Shown: positions 50,450 through 62,801 of the stretch, in pieces | How the letters are laid out: each line of letters starts with the position of its first letter | How positions within the stretch are numbered: position 1 is the stretch's first letter | Translations under genes and position numbers: made by a program | Source: Ginglymostoma cirratum | Taxonomy: Eukaryota | NCBI GenBank assembly: GCA_024137785.1 | Contig: JAHRHZ010000144.1 | Span: 43,095,514-43,159,513 of the forward strand | Length of the DNA stretch: 64,000 nucleotides | Direction: 5' to 3' | The notes under the pieces: generated by a model | Seen by the model: only the letters and a program-made list of their open reading frames with translations | Databases searched by the model: none | What the model was told of the DNA's origin: nothing

Positions 50450-52683
50450 GTGAGTGAGATTTCTTCTCAATTTATTTGATAGATGTCTGTGATATAACTC
50501 ACCTGTCAAAGATAGCAAGTTTGCAATGTTACATTTTGATATAACAAATAGCCAAACTGCTATTGTCCATTTTATATCTTTGCTGAAATGTTGTTACCCC
50601 CAAAACCTATTAAATCAATGAAAGACTGCATAACTTAAAATCTTTTTACAGGATTCATTACTCTCAACAGCCATAAATGATAATTACAGTAGTGCAAAAT
50701 ACATTGTATTGTAGTACTTGAACTCTGATAACACAACAGCATTGAAATTTACAAAATGCACAGAAACAAACTTGAAGGCATTTGTATAAAATGCCTGCTA
50801 AGTCTGGATAGGGAGGAGTATCGTCTGCCAGTTGTAGCGCATTGTATCATATGCTGGATCTGTGCATTTCAACTTCAAGTTCAACTATGGCATTTATTAT
50901 GTGTATAATCATTGCATTCAAACTAGGAAATGTTGTCTGTAATGTGCTCCTATCTTTCCTAGGTATATAATATTTGTGGGAGAGAACTAATGGAGGAATG
51001 CAGTATTGCAGGCATTGGGATTTTGTCAGGCTGATATGGTCTTGCCCACCAGTTGGAGAAGCAGCAGGCAATGCCCCCCCCCGCCACCCTCCATTGTGTG
51101 GAGGAGGCCCCGATGGTATCAAGCATCCTTCAGGCAGTTAAGTGGCCACTTGTTGGGTCTTCTCCACCATTGAAACTTGTGATGGCAGAGATCTCACCCA
51201 CTGAGAGCTCTATGTAAAATCAGAGTTTGGCAGCTACTCTTGCCACAAGCATCACAAAAACAATTGGTAACTGGTGATATTGTAGGCACCAGGTCAAGTG
51301 ATCAGGATAAATGAGTGATCTAAGATTGAAGGTAAGTGAAGGCAGTGAGGCATTTTAAGGGTTGGGGCATGTGTTGGGGGAGAGCAAGAGACAGGAACGG
51401 GAGGTAAATTGCTGCAGGTTTTTTGGCGATAGGCGATAGCCATCTCAGAAACATCTGATCTTAACAATTTTGACCACACAATTCTGGAAGAGTTTCAGAA
51501 TAGTCAGGAAACCATGGCCAATTACCTCTCCCTAATCAATGGTAACTGAGACTACTTGTAGCCCCATTGCACCGCCTTCACTGAGATCAGCTAGGTCAGC
51601 ATCAACTTCTGAGCAAATCTGTGCTGCCTCGATTTGTATAGCTTACTATCTTACTGACATTTCAGTACTCCTCAGTTGTTCTTTGATAATGTTTTAAAAT
51701 CATCCTTTCTATGTCACTAGTTTCTCTTAGCAGACCTTTACCTATTTCAAGTTGTAAATAGTTGGGTTAGATCAGTGAATTTCAGCCTTTTTTTGGATAA
51801 GGAATCATAGAAAAAGTTATGCAATCCTGTGGAACCCCAACTATCTCTTCTGTTCTCTGTCATTAAACAGAAATGAAAACAAAGTGAAACATTATTTAAT
51901 TGACATTTTCCATTAAACATAAGAATGCACCTTGAAAAATTGAAAACATGAGTTCAATTTTCAAATAATCTGAAAATTGCATGGAATCTCTTGGGAATAT
52001 TCAGGAAACTCTTGGCTTTTGATAGCACAGCATGATAAGCACTGAGTTAGAGAGATAATGCCTATTTTTATTGTCCATTTGGTTGGCACTAGATGTGGCA
52101 AGACATGGAGTGTATGTAGTAAATTGTTTCTCTCCAGGACCACTGGAACCTGAACAAGACCATGTGAAAGAAGCAGGCAGCGAAATTGATCTTCCTTGCA
52201 AGTACCTCAAATCCTAGATGTCTTGGTGGCTATTTTGGCTTAGTCAACTTGCAGACCCACAAGATAGTCCTCTAAATTGCACCCACTTGAAACAAAATGG
52301 CGGAGATCAGTTGCATTGGCCTAAAATGCAGCTAAATGCTGAAGAGGTACCCCTTTAAATAGGAAAGGGGGAGGATCTTCAAATGCCTGCATATAGTAAA
52401 TACAACATACAATTTAACCCAGTTGAGAGAAGTACAATGTATTTTTCTATTGGTAAAGTGTTATTTGTTCGATGTTGTGTTAAATGCCACTGCTTCATAT
52501 ATTACTCTCCACCCCAGTATTGACAGGAAGGATCCCTGAATACAGAAGCTTTCAGTATGGACCCCAGCTCATGTCATAAGGGTACACCAGAGTGTGTCTG
52601 GACAAGAGACAAAAGCAATCTAGTGCAGTGTGTGTGGGGCGAACCCAGATAAGAACACCCTCCATGCCAAATGGATATGCAGA

Positions 52684-55600
52684 CATACCAACATGTAAAG
52701 TAGGAACAGAAATAGACCATTGGACTGCTTGAACCTGCTTTGCCATTCAATAAGTTCATGGCTTATCTATTTGTATTTCAAGTTTCATAATCGCATCTAC
52801 TCCTGATGATCATTGATTGACTTGCCTACCAAAAATCTATTCACCTCTAACTTAAAAATATTTGATTACATCACCTTTAACACCTTCCAAGGCAGAGAAT
52901 TCCAAACTACAACTCTCTGAGGGAAAATGTTTCTCCTCATCCTAAAAGGGTTACCCCTAATTCTGAAACAGTGGAACCTAATTCCAAAATTACCCACACG
53001 AAGAGACAACTTTTCCATATCCACCTTGTCAGGACCATTCAGCATCTTACACATTTCAATCATGTCACTTCTCATTTTCCTAAACTCCAGCAGAAACAAG
53101 CCCATTTAGTCTCATAAGATAACCCACTCGTTCTAGATTTCAATTTCTAAAATTTCCTCCTGAAGTGCCTCAAATGTATTTACATCCTTCCTTAAGAAGG
53201 CTGAAGCAGCACACAGTATACAAGATGTGGCCTCCCTAATGCTCTGTAGAACTGAAGCAAAACATTCTTGCTTATATGTTCAATTCCCCTCATATTGTGG
53301 AAAGTATCCTTTGATTATATGCTATTCCTGCACCTCAGAATTCTGCAGCTGTTTCATTCTCCCTGCCAAAGAGGATAAATTCACATTTTCCATCATTATA
53401 CTCCATCCACAAGATCTTTGTCCTCTTACTCAACCTATCTTTATCTATTTGCACCTTCCTCATTTCTTCTTTACAACGTACTTTGTTACTTATTTTGGTG
53501 TCACCTGTAAATTTAGCTATCGTGCCTGCAACGCCCTTATCAAAGTCATTGATGCAAATTGTAAGAAAGCAAGGCCCCAGCATAGATACCTGTAGGATTC
53601 CACTTGTCATAACCTGGCAATCAGATAGACAACCATTTATGCATACAGTTTGCTTACTGCCAGCCAGCCAGTCTTCTGTCCATATGTCACTGCCTAAACC
53701 ATGAGTTTTTTTTATTTTCCACAGTAACGTTTGATGCCTTCTGAAAATCCAAGTATAGTAAATCTACAGTTTCCCTTTTATCCACAGCACATGTTACTCC
53801 TTCAAAGAACTCAGCAAATTGGTTGAACATGATTCCTGCATAACGAAGTAATGTTGCCTCTTCCTGATCATGTTGAATTTTTCTACATGTGCAGTGACAA
53901 TCTCTTTTTAATGATTTAGTTTAACAAAATACCCATAACAGATGTCAAGCAAACTGGCCTATAGTTTCCTGTTTTCTGCCTTCCTCCCTTCTTGAATTGA
54001 GGTGTTTACTACATTCGAGTCCAATGGAACCTTTCCTGAACTGGCAGAAATTTGGAAAATCAATACCAACACATTTATTGCCTCGTTAGCCACCTTTTTA
54101 AAGACCCTAGGCTACAATCAGTCTGAACCTGGGCTGTTGTCAGGCTGCTGTTCCATCAGTCTGCTTAGTGATATTCCCTTCATAATTTAACTAAGATCTT
54201 CTCTCCCTTCCATCCTTCTGATTTTACAGCCGTTGCTACAATTTTTTTTTATCTCTGTACTGAAGACTAAAGCAAAATATTTGTTCATTTAATCCTCTAT
54301 TTCCATATTAGCTATTATTAACTCTTCATTTTTATTCTCTAGAGGACTAACTCTCACTTTTCTTCTTTAATTATGTGTAGAAACTCTTGCTATCCATTTT
54401 TACACTTCTAGCTAGCTTCCTCTCAACTTTAATTTCTTTCTCCTGATTAATATTTTAGCTATCATCTGCTGTGCTTTGGGTTATGGCCAATCATTTGGCC
54501 TGACACTCATCTTTGCATAGTTTTATGCTTTTCCTTAAGTTTGACGCTATCTCGAACTTCTTTTGTTAACTGTAGAATTTAATCCTCCCTTTATTTATTT
54601 TATGGTTGGAATATAGTTATTCTGAAATGTCCCATTAAATGTGTACCTCTGTACTATTAATTTACCCCCTAGCCTTCAGCTGGCTCCTTTTTCATGCCCA
54701 CATGGTTGCCTTTATTTAGGTTTAAAATGCTGGTCTTAGCCTCAATCTTCAGCCTTTCAGACTGAACGTAAAATTCAATCACATTATGGTTGCTGCTACC
54801 TGGGGATGCCTTTGCTCTGAGGTCGTTAATTAGTCCGGTCACATTACACAATATGTAAAAGTTACACCAATATTAGTTCTAATATAACATGCTATCTGGT
54901 AGATTCTAAAGCACTTTGCTCAAAGAAGCTACCTTAAAAGCATTCTATGAGCTCCTCTATGATTATTGCTGTACTTTTATTACAAACACTTGATATTTCT
55001 TCTTGAATACTTTCTTCCATATTGTGGCTACTTTTAGTGGGCTTGTAGACCATTCTCATTAGTACTTTGTCCCCTGACTATTCCTCATCTCTATGCACAA
55101 TGTTTCAATATCCTCATCACCTAATCCAAGGTCACCTCTAATCATTGCACAAATGCCAAACTTAATTAACAGTGCTACCCCTTCACCTTTGCCCTAGCTT
55201 AGTGTTTTTCTGAAATGTCATATGCAAATTCTCAATATTCAGGACTCCATCCTTGTCATCCTGAAACCATGTCATCTAATGGCTAACAGATCATATTTAT
55301 TTACTTCAATGTGTGCTATCAGTTTCTTTACTTTTGTTATGAATGATACATGCATTGAGCTCCAGATTTCTAGGTTTTCTTCTCTCTGCCCTTTCTCGCC
55401 ATTCTCTGACTCTCATTTTCTGTACTACTATTTTCCTCTCTTATCTGTCACTACTCTTTAAAATACTGCATCTTTCTACATTCGATACCCAGTCTATTTT
55501 GTTTAAAACTCTCTCTACTTCCCTTTTTGAGCTTTGTTGTTATTTCACTTGTAGGACATGTGTGTTGCTGGCTGGCCGGCATCTATTGCCTGCCTGTAAT

Positions 55601-55972
55601 TGCCCTTGAGAAGGTAATGATGAACTTCTTCTTGAGGTGCTATTGTCCAAGTGCTATAGTTAGACCCACAGTACCAATAGGGCAAGAATGCTAGCCCAGT
55701 CCTGCTCTCCCCAATACTAGTGCCAGTGACCAATCTACTGGAACCCACTTTGCCTATACCTGTCTTTGAGTTACACATTCAACTTTATAGTTTTATGTAT
55801 GATATGCCAATTTGCACATGGGTCATGTAATAATCCAGAGATTGTAACCTTTGCAGTTCTGCTTTCTAATTTAATGCCTAACTCTTCATCCTCTCCAGCA
55901 GAACCTCTTTCCTCATTCTACCTAAGTGTTGGCAACTACGTAGACAATGACAGCCACTGGATCCCCTTCCTC
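52684..55972 (-). mobile_element. Decayed CR1 LINE (family A) with ORF2 and the end of an esterase-type ORF1
   Basis: LEFRKMRSDMIE, INDFDKG..AKFTGDTK and PGSSNHNVIEF (ORF2). 55760-55970 reads EGDPVAVIVYV..GRMRKEVL..ELGIKLESRTAKVTISGLL (CR1 ORF1 SGNH esterase). A family B tail fragment sits at about 55545-55690. Confidence 0.85.
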
Positions 55973-56424
55973 CCATCACAGAATGGAGTCCATGGTTATC
56001 AGGGCTAGGAAGGAGTATGGAGTTGAGTTTACAATCAGATCAGTTTCAAATGATCCAATGGCCAATTCCTGCTCTGAATTCATATGTTTGTTTCCATGAA
56101 GATAATTGCTGAGAAATGGCTCAAGTATAATTTGCATTCAGCGGTGATTTTAATCATTTGTGTTCATATTCAGTAACAAGGTTGACACTCTAATAGTCTG
56201 TTAGTTTTGAAATGTATAATGCTATTACATTAAATATGCAATATCAACTTAAATAAACTATCTTTGATTTGTAGACCTGCAATCAGTAATCTGCAGACAC
56301 CCCTTATGTGTCATGTATGGCACTATCTTTATAAAATACTTGAATGCCAGATCACTGCATCAGAAGTGCTTATACTGTATTAAAACATAATAATCAGGCA
56401 TGCTTCTATATATATGATAACTGC

Positions 56425-57503
56425 TTTACACAGAATTACTTCATTCCCAGAAGGAGGTCATTCAACCCATCTTGCTTAGACCTGCTCCATTATTTAGTTC
56501 CAATCTTCTGTGTTTTTTCCATATTCCTATACACCATTACTATCCAAAAAAAAGTGCCCTTTTGAAGCCACAGTTGCACCTGCCTCCACACATTTCCAGA
56601 CAGTGCACTCCATACCCTAATAACGCACTTGTGAGAAAGTTTTTTTTTGCTTTGTTTGGACATCACTTTAAAACTTTGCCTTCTTGTTCTTGTTTCTTTC
56701 ACAAAAGTGGAAATAGCTTCCCCCATCTACTGTGCCCAGACCACACATGATTTTGAAAACCTCAAGTAGATCACCTCTCGGCTGCCTTCTCTTCAGGAAT
56801 AATAGTGCCAGCCTTTTCAGTTGATCCTCATAGCTGAAGTTTCTCATATCAGGAACCATTCTAATAGATTGCTTGTCCACTGTTTGCTCTGCATTTGCAA
56901 CTTTCCTGTAATGTCACATCCACAACAGTACACAATACCTCTGCTTAGGTCTAATAAGTATTTTGTGCAAAGTCAATATCCTTCCTCTTCCTTGCTCTTG
57001 TACTCTATGGCTCGATTAATAAAGTTGAGAACACAGTATGTTTTATTTACTGCCCTGCCCACCTATCCTGCCACCTTCAGTGGTCTGTGTACATATTCAC
57101 ACAGGTCCCTCTGTTCCTGCACTCCCTTTCGAATTGTGCCCCTAATTTAGATTGTCCTTCAGTGTTATTCTGACCAAAGTGCATCACCTCACGCTTTTCT
57201 GTATTGCAGTTCAGCTGCCATCTATCTGCCCACTGCACCAACTTGTCAGTATCCTTTTAGAGATACAGACAGTCCTTCTGTCAGTTTACAATTCTTCCAA
57301 GTTCAGTTTCATCTGCAAACTTGGAAATTGACCTGGGGACACCAAGATCCAGATCAGTAACATACAGGAAAAACAATGGTCCTCGTTCCAACCACTACAA
57401 ACCATCCTCCAGCCTGAGAAATAACCATTGACCATTACTCTTTTGTTTTCTATCACTCAGTCAATTTTCTCTCTACATTGCTATTGTCCCTTTTAAACCA
57501 TGA
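56425..57503 (-). mobile_element. CR1 LINE (family A) RT/3' fragment
   Basis: MRNFSYEDQLKRLALLFLKRRQPRGDLLEVFKIM; KFADETEL (decayed FADD) near 57300-57320. Confidence 0.88.
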
Positions 57504-58254
57504 CGAGAAATCCATGCTTTTCTGGTCTAGCTTGTGTGCTTCGCTCTGAGATTTTCTTTAAGCTCCAGTTTTCTTGTATTGCTTTGTCCAAAGGGCAAAT
57601 TATTGTTTGTTCTGGATAGAAGTCCAGGTTTTTCACTGATTTTTGGATTTTGTAGTAGATTAGATTAATTGGCTGTGCTAAATCAATAAAGGATTGATTA
57701 ATTATGTCCCTAAATACTTGATACTTTGAGGTGTTACTGCTTGCATCTGAACTTCATCAAACTCTTTGAGATAAAATTAAAAATGTTCATGTATAATAAG
57801 CAGAAAGGTAGTAAATTATACAGGATGGTATTTAATCCAGGTGTCTGGAATTTTGCCTGTCAGGTGGAGAACCAGCAAGAGCTCAACATCACCTCCTTTG
57901 GTGAAGGCCAGCATATTAAGAATGGGTCAGGCACTTTAGTGACCAGAGCGGGCATTCTCTGAAATCACTGATCCTTAATATGGAAATCCCAAGAGCTGAC
58001 ACTGCTAATTAGCCATTGGGTCTTCACCAATGTCTGCACCACAGGGCTACAGCAGGAAGCCGCTTGTAGTGCAGCTTTCAGACGCTCAGAGCCTCTGACA
58101 GATCTTGGCCAAAAGCGAATGAGACTGTAGTAGAGTTGATAGGAGAGTGATAGGGAGGAGGACCAGAGGCAAGGGCATGGATGTGGTCAAAGTGTACTCA
58201 CCCATCCAGGCTTGGCCTGTTCAGTGGAAAGTAACATTCACACCACACAAGTAC

Positions 58255-58992
58255 TAAACAATGACAATTTCTAATAGAAGAGAAGCTGGCTGTTGTGTGT
58301 ATACACACGATGGTATTATCGTCTCTGCATCCCCAGCTGTCAAAATTCTAGAGGTTACTATTGACCAGGACAGCATTTGACCAGCCGTATAAATGTTGTG
58401 CCTGCAAAGCTGGTCAGAGGATAAAAGTTCTATGGCAATTAATTCACCTCCTATTTCCGAATACCTGACCACCATTTACAAGGCATGTGAGGAGTGTGAT
58501 GGATGCATGGATGAGTGTAGCAGCAGCAACACTCAAGGATCTTGCCACCATTTAAGACAAGGCAAAGCAGCCCACTTGATTGTCATCCCATTCACTATCT
58601 TCAACATTCACTCTCTCATTACTGATCTCAAAATCATAGCATTGTGTACCACCTTCAAAATGCACTGCCACAAGTCATCAAATCCCCTTCAACAGCACCT
58701 TCCAAATCCATGACCTCTACCCTCTAGAAGGACAAGACCAACAGATACTTGGAAACATTATCACTGGTGAGTTCTCCTCCAAGCCTCACACAGTCCTGGC
58801 TTTGAACTGTATCACCATTCCTTCGCTGTTCCTAGGTCACAATCTCGGAACTCCTTTCCTACAGCACCATGGATGTCCCTGCACTCATGGACTTGAGTGC
58901 TTCAAGAAGGCAGTTCATCACCACATTGTCCAGAGCACTCGGGGTGGGCAATATATGCTGGCCCAACCAATAGCAGCCTCATCCCATGAACA
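58255..58992 (+). mobile_element. Family B LINE 3' fragment, decayed
   Basis: Colinear with 4090-4835, including the TTCAAGAAGGCAG..GGGCAATATATGCTGGCCC tail. Confidence 0.88.
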
Positions 58993-59520
58993 AATCGAGA
59001 CAAAAAGATTTGGCGGCAGAGTAGGAAGGCTGCCGCAAGACTTTCCACTCCAAACTTAATTAGGACAGTGGTAGAAAGGTGGGAGGCAGCAGGGTCAGCA
59101 CCAGGTACCGTCTTATCCATTGAATGCCTTCACTACCTCTAAACCTGTCTTAAGGTAGGACAGTAAATTTCATTGTCTGACTGTGACATTTGAATCATCT
59201 TCCTGTCTTAAGGTACTTTGACTCTGACACATCAGTACTGCAACGTGCATACAATGTGATATTGGGACACTTGCTTGTCCTAGAAATACCTTTAGTGGAA
59301 TTATCTACTTTCAGTGGATTTTTGTAGCTTTTCAAATGAATACAGATGATCTGTGTAAAATTGCTCAATTTTCAGGAAAATCATCTGTAATTTTGAGTTC
59401 TTACTCACAGTAATATTTAGTAAACCCAGAAATCCAGTAAGGAATTCAGAAGTAACTTCTTTACCAAAAGGCAGGACCGAAGTTGAAACTTCTATTGATT
59501 TGTAATTATAAATAATTTAA

Positions 59521-60312
59521 CTCTGAAATGGCCTATCAAGCCATTCAGTTCTAACAGTCGCTACAAAAAGAAATGAAACCAGACAGAACTACTAGGCACT
59601 AGAAACAGCAATGGAAGAAACAGCACTGTAGATACTGCAAAGTCTTTCTTAGTAACATCTGGTGGCTAGTGACAAACTTGGAAAGCTGTCTCACAAACTG
59701 GTCAGCAATAGCCTGACAGTCATACTCACAGGATCATACATTACAAGAATGTCCTTGACGTCACCTGACTCCCCAAAGCCTATTCACGAATTACAAGGCA
59801 AAGACAGGAGTGTGATGGAATGCTTTCAACTTGCCTGAATGAGTTCAGCTCCAATAACACGTGAAGCTAGATATCATCCAGGACAAAGTAGCCCACTTGA
59901 TTTGTATCACATCCACAAACATCCACTCCCTCCACCACCGACAGTCAGAGCAACAATGTGTACCATTTGTAAGATGCACTGCAGAAGTTCAAGCAAGATC
60001 CTTAACATCTTCCAAATCCACAACCACGACCATCTAGAAGGACAAGAGCAGCAGGTACACGGGCATACCACCACCGGCGAGTTCCCCTCCAAGTCACTCA
60101 CAATCCTGTCTTGGAAATATCATGCCAATTCTTTAGTTTTGTTGGGCCAAAATCCTGGAGTTCTATCTGGAATGGCATTATGGGTCTATGTACAGTAAAT
60201 GGACTGCTGAGGATCAGGCAAGCAACTCACCACCACATTCTTTAGGTCAGCTAGGAATGGGTAATAAATGCTGGCCCTGCCAGTGATGTCCATGTCCCAC
60301 AAGTGAACTTAA
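59521..60312 (+). mobile_element. Internally deleted family B LINE (SINE-shared 5' body plus EN start fused to RT C-terminus and tail)
   Basis: Begins CTCTGAAATGGCCTATCAAGCCATTCAGTT, then CKVFLSNIWWLV..PD.VILT (EN N-terminus). At about 59760 it jumps to CCTGACTCCCCAAAGCC (equivalent to 4286) and runs to the tail. Confidence 0.85.
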
Positions 60313-60314
60313 AA

Positions 60315-60520
60315 AATTGTTACTCCAGGATATGATTGAAGTGCGTTGCATAGATACATTTAGGGGAAAGGTACAGAAGCCAGCGAGGGAGAAGAGAATG
60401 GGTGGTTTTGATGGTAAATTTAGATGGGAAAAGATTGGAGGAGACTGAGTGGAGCGTGAAGATCTTCAGAGACCTGTTCGGCTGAATAGCTATTTCTGTA
60501 CTATGTGTAATCCTATGTAA
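60315..60520 (+). mobile_element. CR1-type 3' UTR fragment
   Basis: GATTGAAGTG..ATAGATACATTTAGGGGAAAG...GACCTGTTCGGCTGAATAGCTATTTCTGTACT. Confidence 0.55.
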
Positions 60521-60728
60521 AATAAAACTGTTTATTGTTTATTTTTCAGAATGAAAACAGCAAGGTCTATAACTGTGATCTTTCTCTATTTCCAATAATT
60601 GGTCCGTTTATAGATGGTACATTTACGAGCTTATGTTTGCTGACAACTTTGCCTTTACTAATTATAAGCACAATACACAATGCACACCAATTATTATATA
60701 TTAGAGGTTTTCAAATGTATGCCTCATG

Positions 60729-61103
60729 TTAAATCAATGCCTGATTTACGCCCACTGGTCCTCATGATTTCATAATAATTCAGAGTACTTTGCCTTGTCA
60801 GTGACAGGTGTCAAAAATCACACAAATCTTTTGCTTTTCAAACTTACAATGATTCACTTCTTGCCACTGAAAGTACAGTATGGGCTGCAGTTGGATTATG
60901 ATAAATGGTTTAAGGGTGTTACAGCTGTCAGCTTAAGCTTTCCGTTTATTCACCTGTAATCTTTCGTGAGAGTGGCAAGTTTGGATTTGAAAATGGCTTC
61001 ATAAGACCTGTGCTTATGATACAGATAGTCCCAACATTACTCCGTTAAATATGAAACCAACCTTTAACGTTAGAATGGTATCGTAAATCAGATTGACTTG
61101 TCA
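60729..61103. promoter_or_regulatory. Candidate enhancer: cluster of PBX-HOX and MEIS/PKNOX motifs in TE-free DNA
   Basis: TGATTTACG 60742-60750, its reverse complement CGTAAATCA 61082-61090, TGACAGGTGTCA 60802-60813, TGATAAATGG 60899-60908, TTACAGCTGTCA 60919-60930. Function is inferred only. Confidence 0.45.
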
Positions 61104-61439
61104 TTTAAAAGTTTAACGTTTGTTTGCTTGATGTAGATTTAAAAATTGTGTTTTGATATAGCATCTTTTGAGTTTATGAAACATCTTAAGGAACTTCACC
61201 TGAAACAAATTTCATGATCCATTGGTGTCGTTGTGTCAGCAAAAGCAGCAGCCACTTTAAGTGCCAGATTTCCAGCTAAATTGTTTTTGATGCTAATATA
61301 TGTTGTGCCAATGTTGTCCAGCTAGTTTACTCCATTATGAGGACATTTTGTTGGATGGGCTGCTAATCTGTATATGCAAGAGATCTTGATATGCTACCAT
61401 TTATTTATGGAATGATACACACTGTCGGCTATTTTAATG

Positions 61440-61790
61440 AAAGCAAAATATTGTGATGCTGGAAATCTAAAACAAGAACAGAAATCACTGAAGAAACTCA
61501 GCAGGTCTGACATCATCTCTGGAGAGAAATACAGAGTTAATGTAAATGGTGAAGAGAAGATGCTAGGGCTAGAAAACTGGAAATTGTGGAATTGGCATTA
61601 AGTATCAGAAGAAATGTAAATGGGAAAAGTCTGAACAAGGGGAAAGAAATAGAATCAAGATGTGAAGAAATGAGTTCAATGAGGCAGGAACAGCCTGAAA
61701 TGATGGGTCTGCCATGGCAGGCTTGTTTGTGGATTTGGAGAACGAGGTAGAAGCAGGCTCTACGGGGTTGGGTTGCTGAGGTAGGATACT
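61440..61790 (-). mobile_element. PLE remnant (family P2): pseudo-LTR plus RT fragment
   Basis: Minus translation QPRRACFYLVLQIHKQACHGRPIISGCSCLIELISSHLDSI matches the PLE RT motif 'P...RFY.LPKIHK....GRPIVS'. The pseudo-LTR is at 61440-61545. Confidence 0.8.
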
Positions 61791-62269
61791 ATGAGGAGGT
61801 GATGTTCTGGGGCTGTGCTGATTGACCTCCAATGACCACAGCCATCTTCCTCTTGTGCTATGTCTGACTCCAACCAGTAAAGCGCATTCCCTAGTTTCTG
61901 TTGACTTTTCTGTGGACTTCTTGATGCTGTTCTTGGTCAAATGCTGCCTTGATGCCAAGGGTAATCACTCTCACCCCACCTTTATGTTCATCTCTTATGT
62001 CATTGTTTGGGCCAAGGCTGTAACTAAATCAGGAGCTGAGTGGCCCTGGCAGAACCCAAACTGAGCATTTTTTTTCTTTGCAACCGCTGCTTGGTAGCAC
62101 TGTCAAAGATCCATTCTATTACTTTGCTGATGATTGCAACTTGACTGACAGATTGGCCAGGTTGGATTGATTTGCCTTTTGTGAACAGGTCATACCTGGG
62201 CAACTTTCCACATTGTCAGACATATGCTAGTGTTCTAGCTGTACTGAAACAGTTTGGTTAGTGATGTAT

Positions 62270-62401
62270 CAGAGATAATAGGTACTGCAGGTGCTGGAGA
62301 ATCCGAGATAACAAGGCATGGAGCTGGATGAACACAGCAGGCCAACCAGCATCTTAGGAGCAGGAAAGCTTGACGTTTCGGGCCTAGACCAATTTCTGAT
62401 G
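62270..62401 (-). mobile_element. PLE pseudo-LTR (family P1) inserted in the family B LINE, running into the assembly gap
   Basis: CAGAGATAATAGGTACTGCAGGTGCTGGAGAATCCGAG...GACGTTTCGGGCCTAGACC. Confidence 0.9.
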
Positions 62402-62801
62402 NNNNNNNNNNNNNNNNNNNNNNNNNNNNNNNNNNNNNNNNNNNNNNNNNNNNNNNNNNNNNNNNNNNNNNNNNNNNNNNNNNNNNNNNNNNNNNNNNNN
62501 NNNNNNNNNNNNNNNNNNNNNNNNNNNNNNNNNNNNNNNNNNNNNNNNNNNNNNNNNNNNNNNNNNNNNNNNNNNNNNNNNNNNNNNNNNNNNNNNNNNN
62601 NNNNNNNNNNNNNNNNNNNNNNNNNNNNNNNNNNNNNNNNNNNNNNNNNNNNNNNNNNNNNNNNNNNNNNNNNNNNNNNNNNNNNNNNNNNNNNNNNNNN
62701 NNNNNNNNNNNNNNNNNNNNNNNNNNNNNNNNNNNNNNNNNNNNNNNNNNNNNNNNNNNNNNNNNNNNNNNNNNNNNNNNNNNNNNNNNNNNNNNNNNNN
62801 N
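62402..62801. other. Assembly gap (400 N)
   Basis: Run of N. Confidence 1.

Noticed and set aside
60530-60570. Strong acceptor-like TTGTTTATTTTTCAG, a candidate for the next MYO3B exon
   Set aside because: The following sequence does not encode the expected CLIKDFE..RP motif, and no good donor follows.
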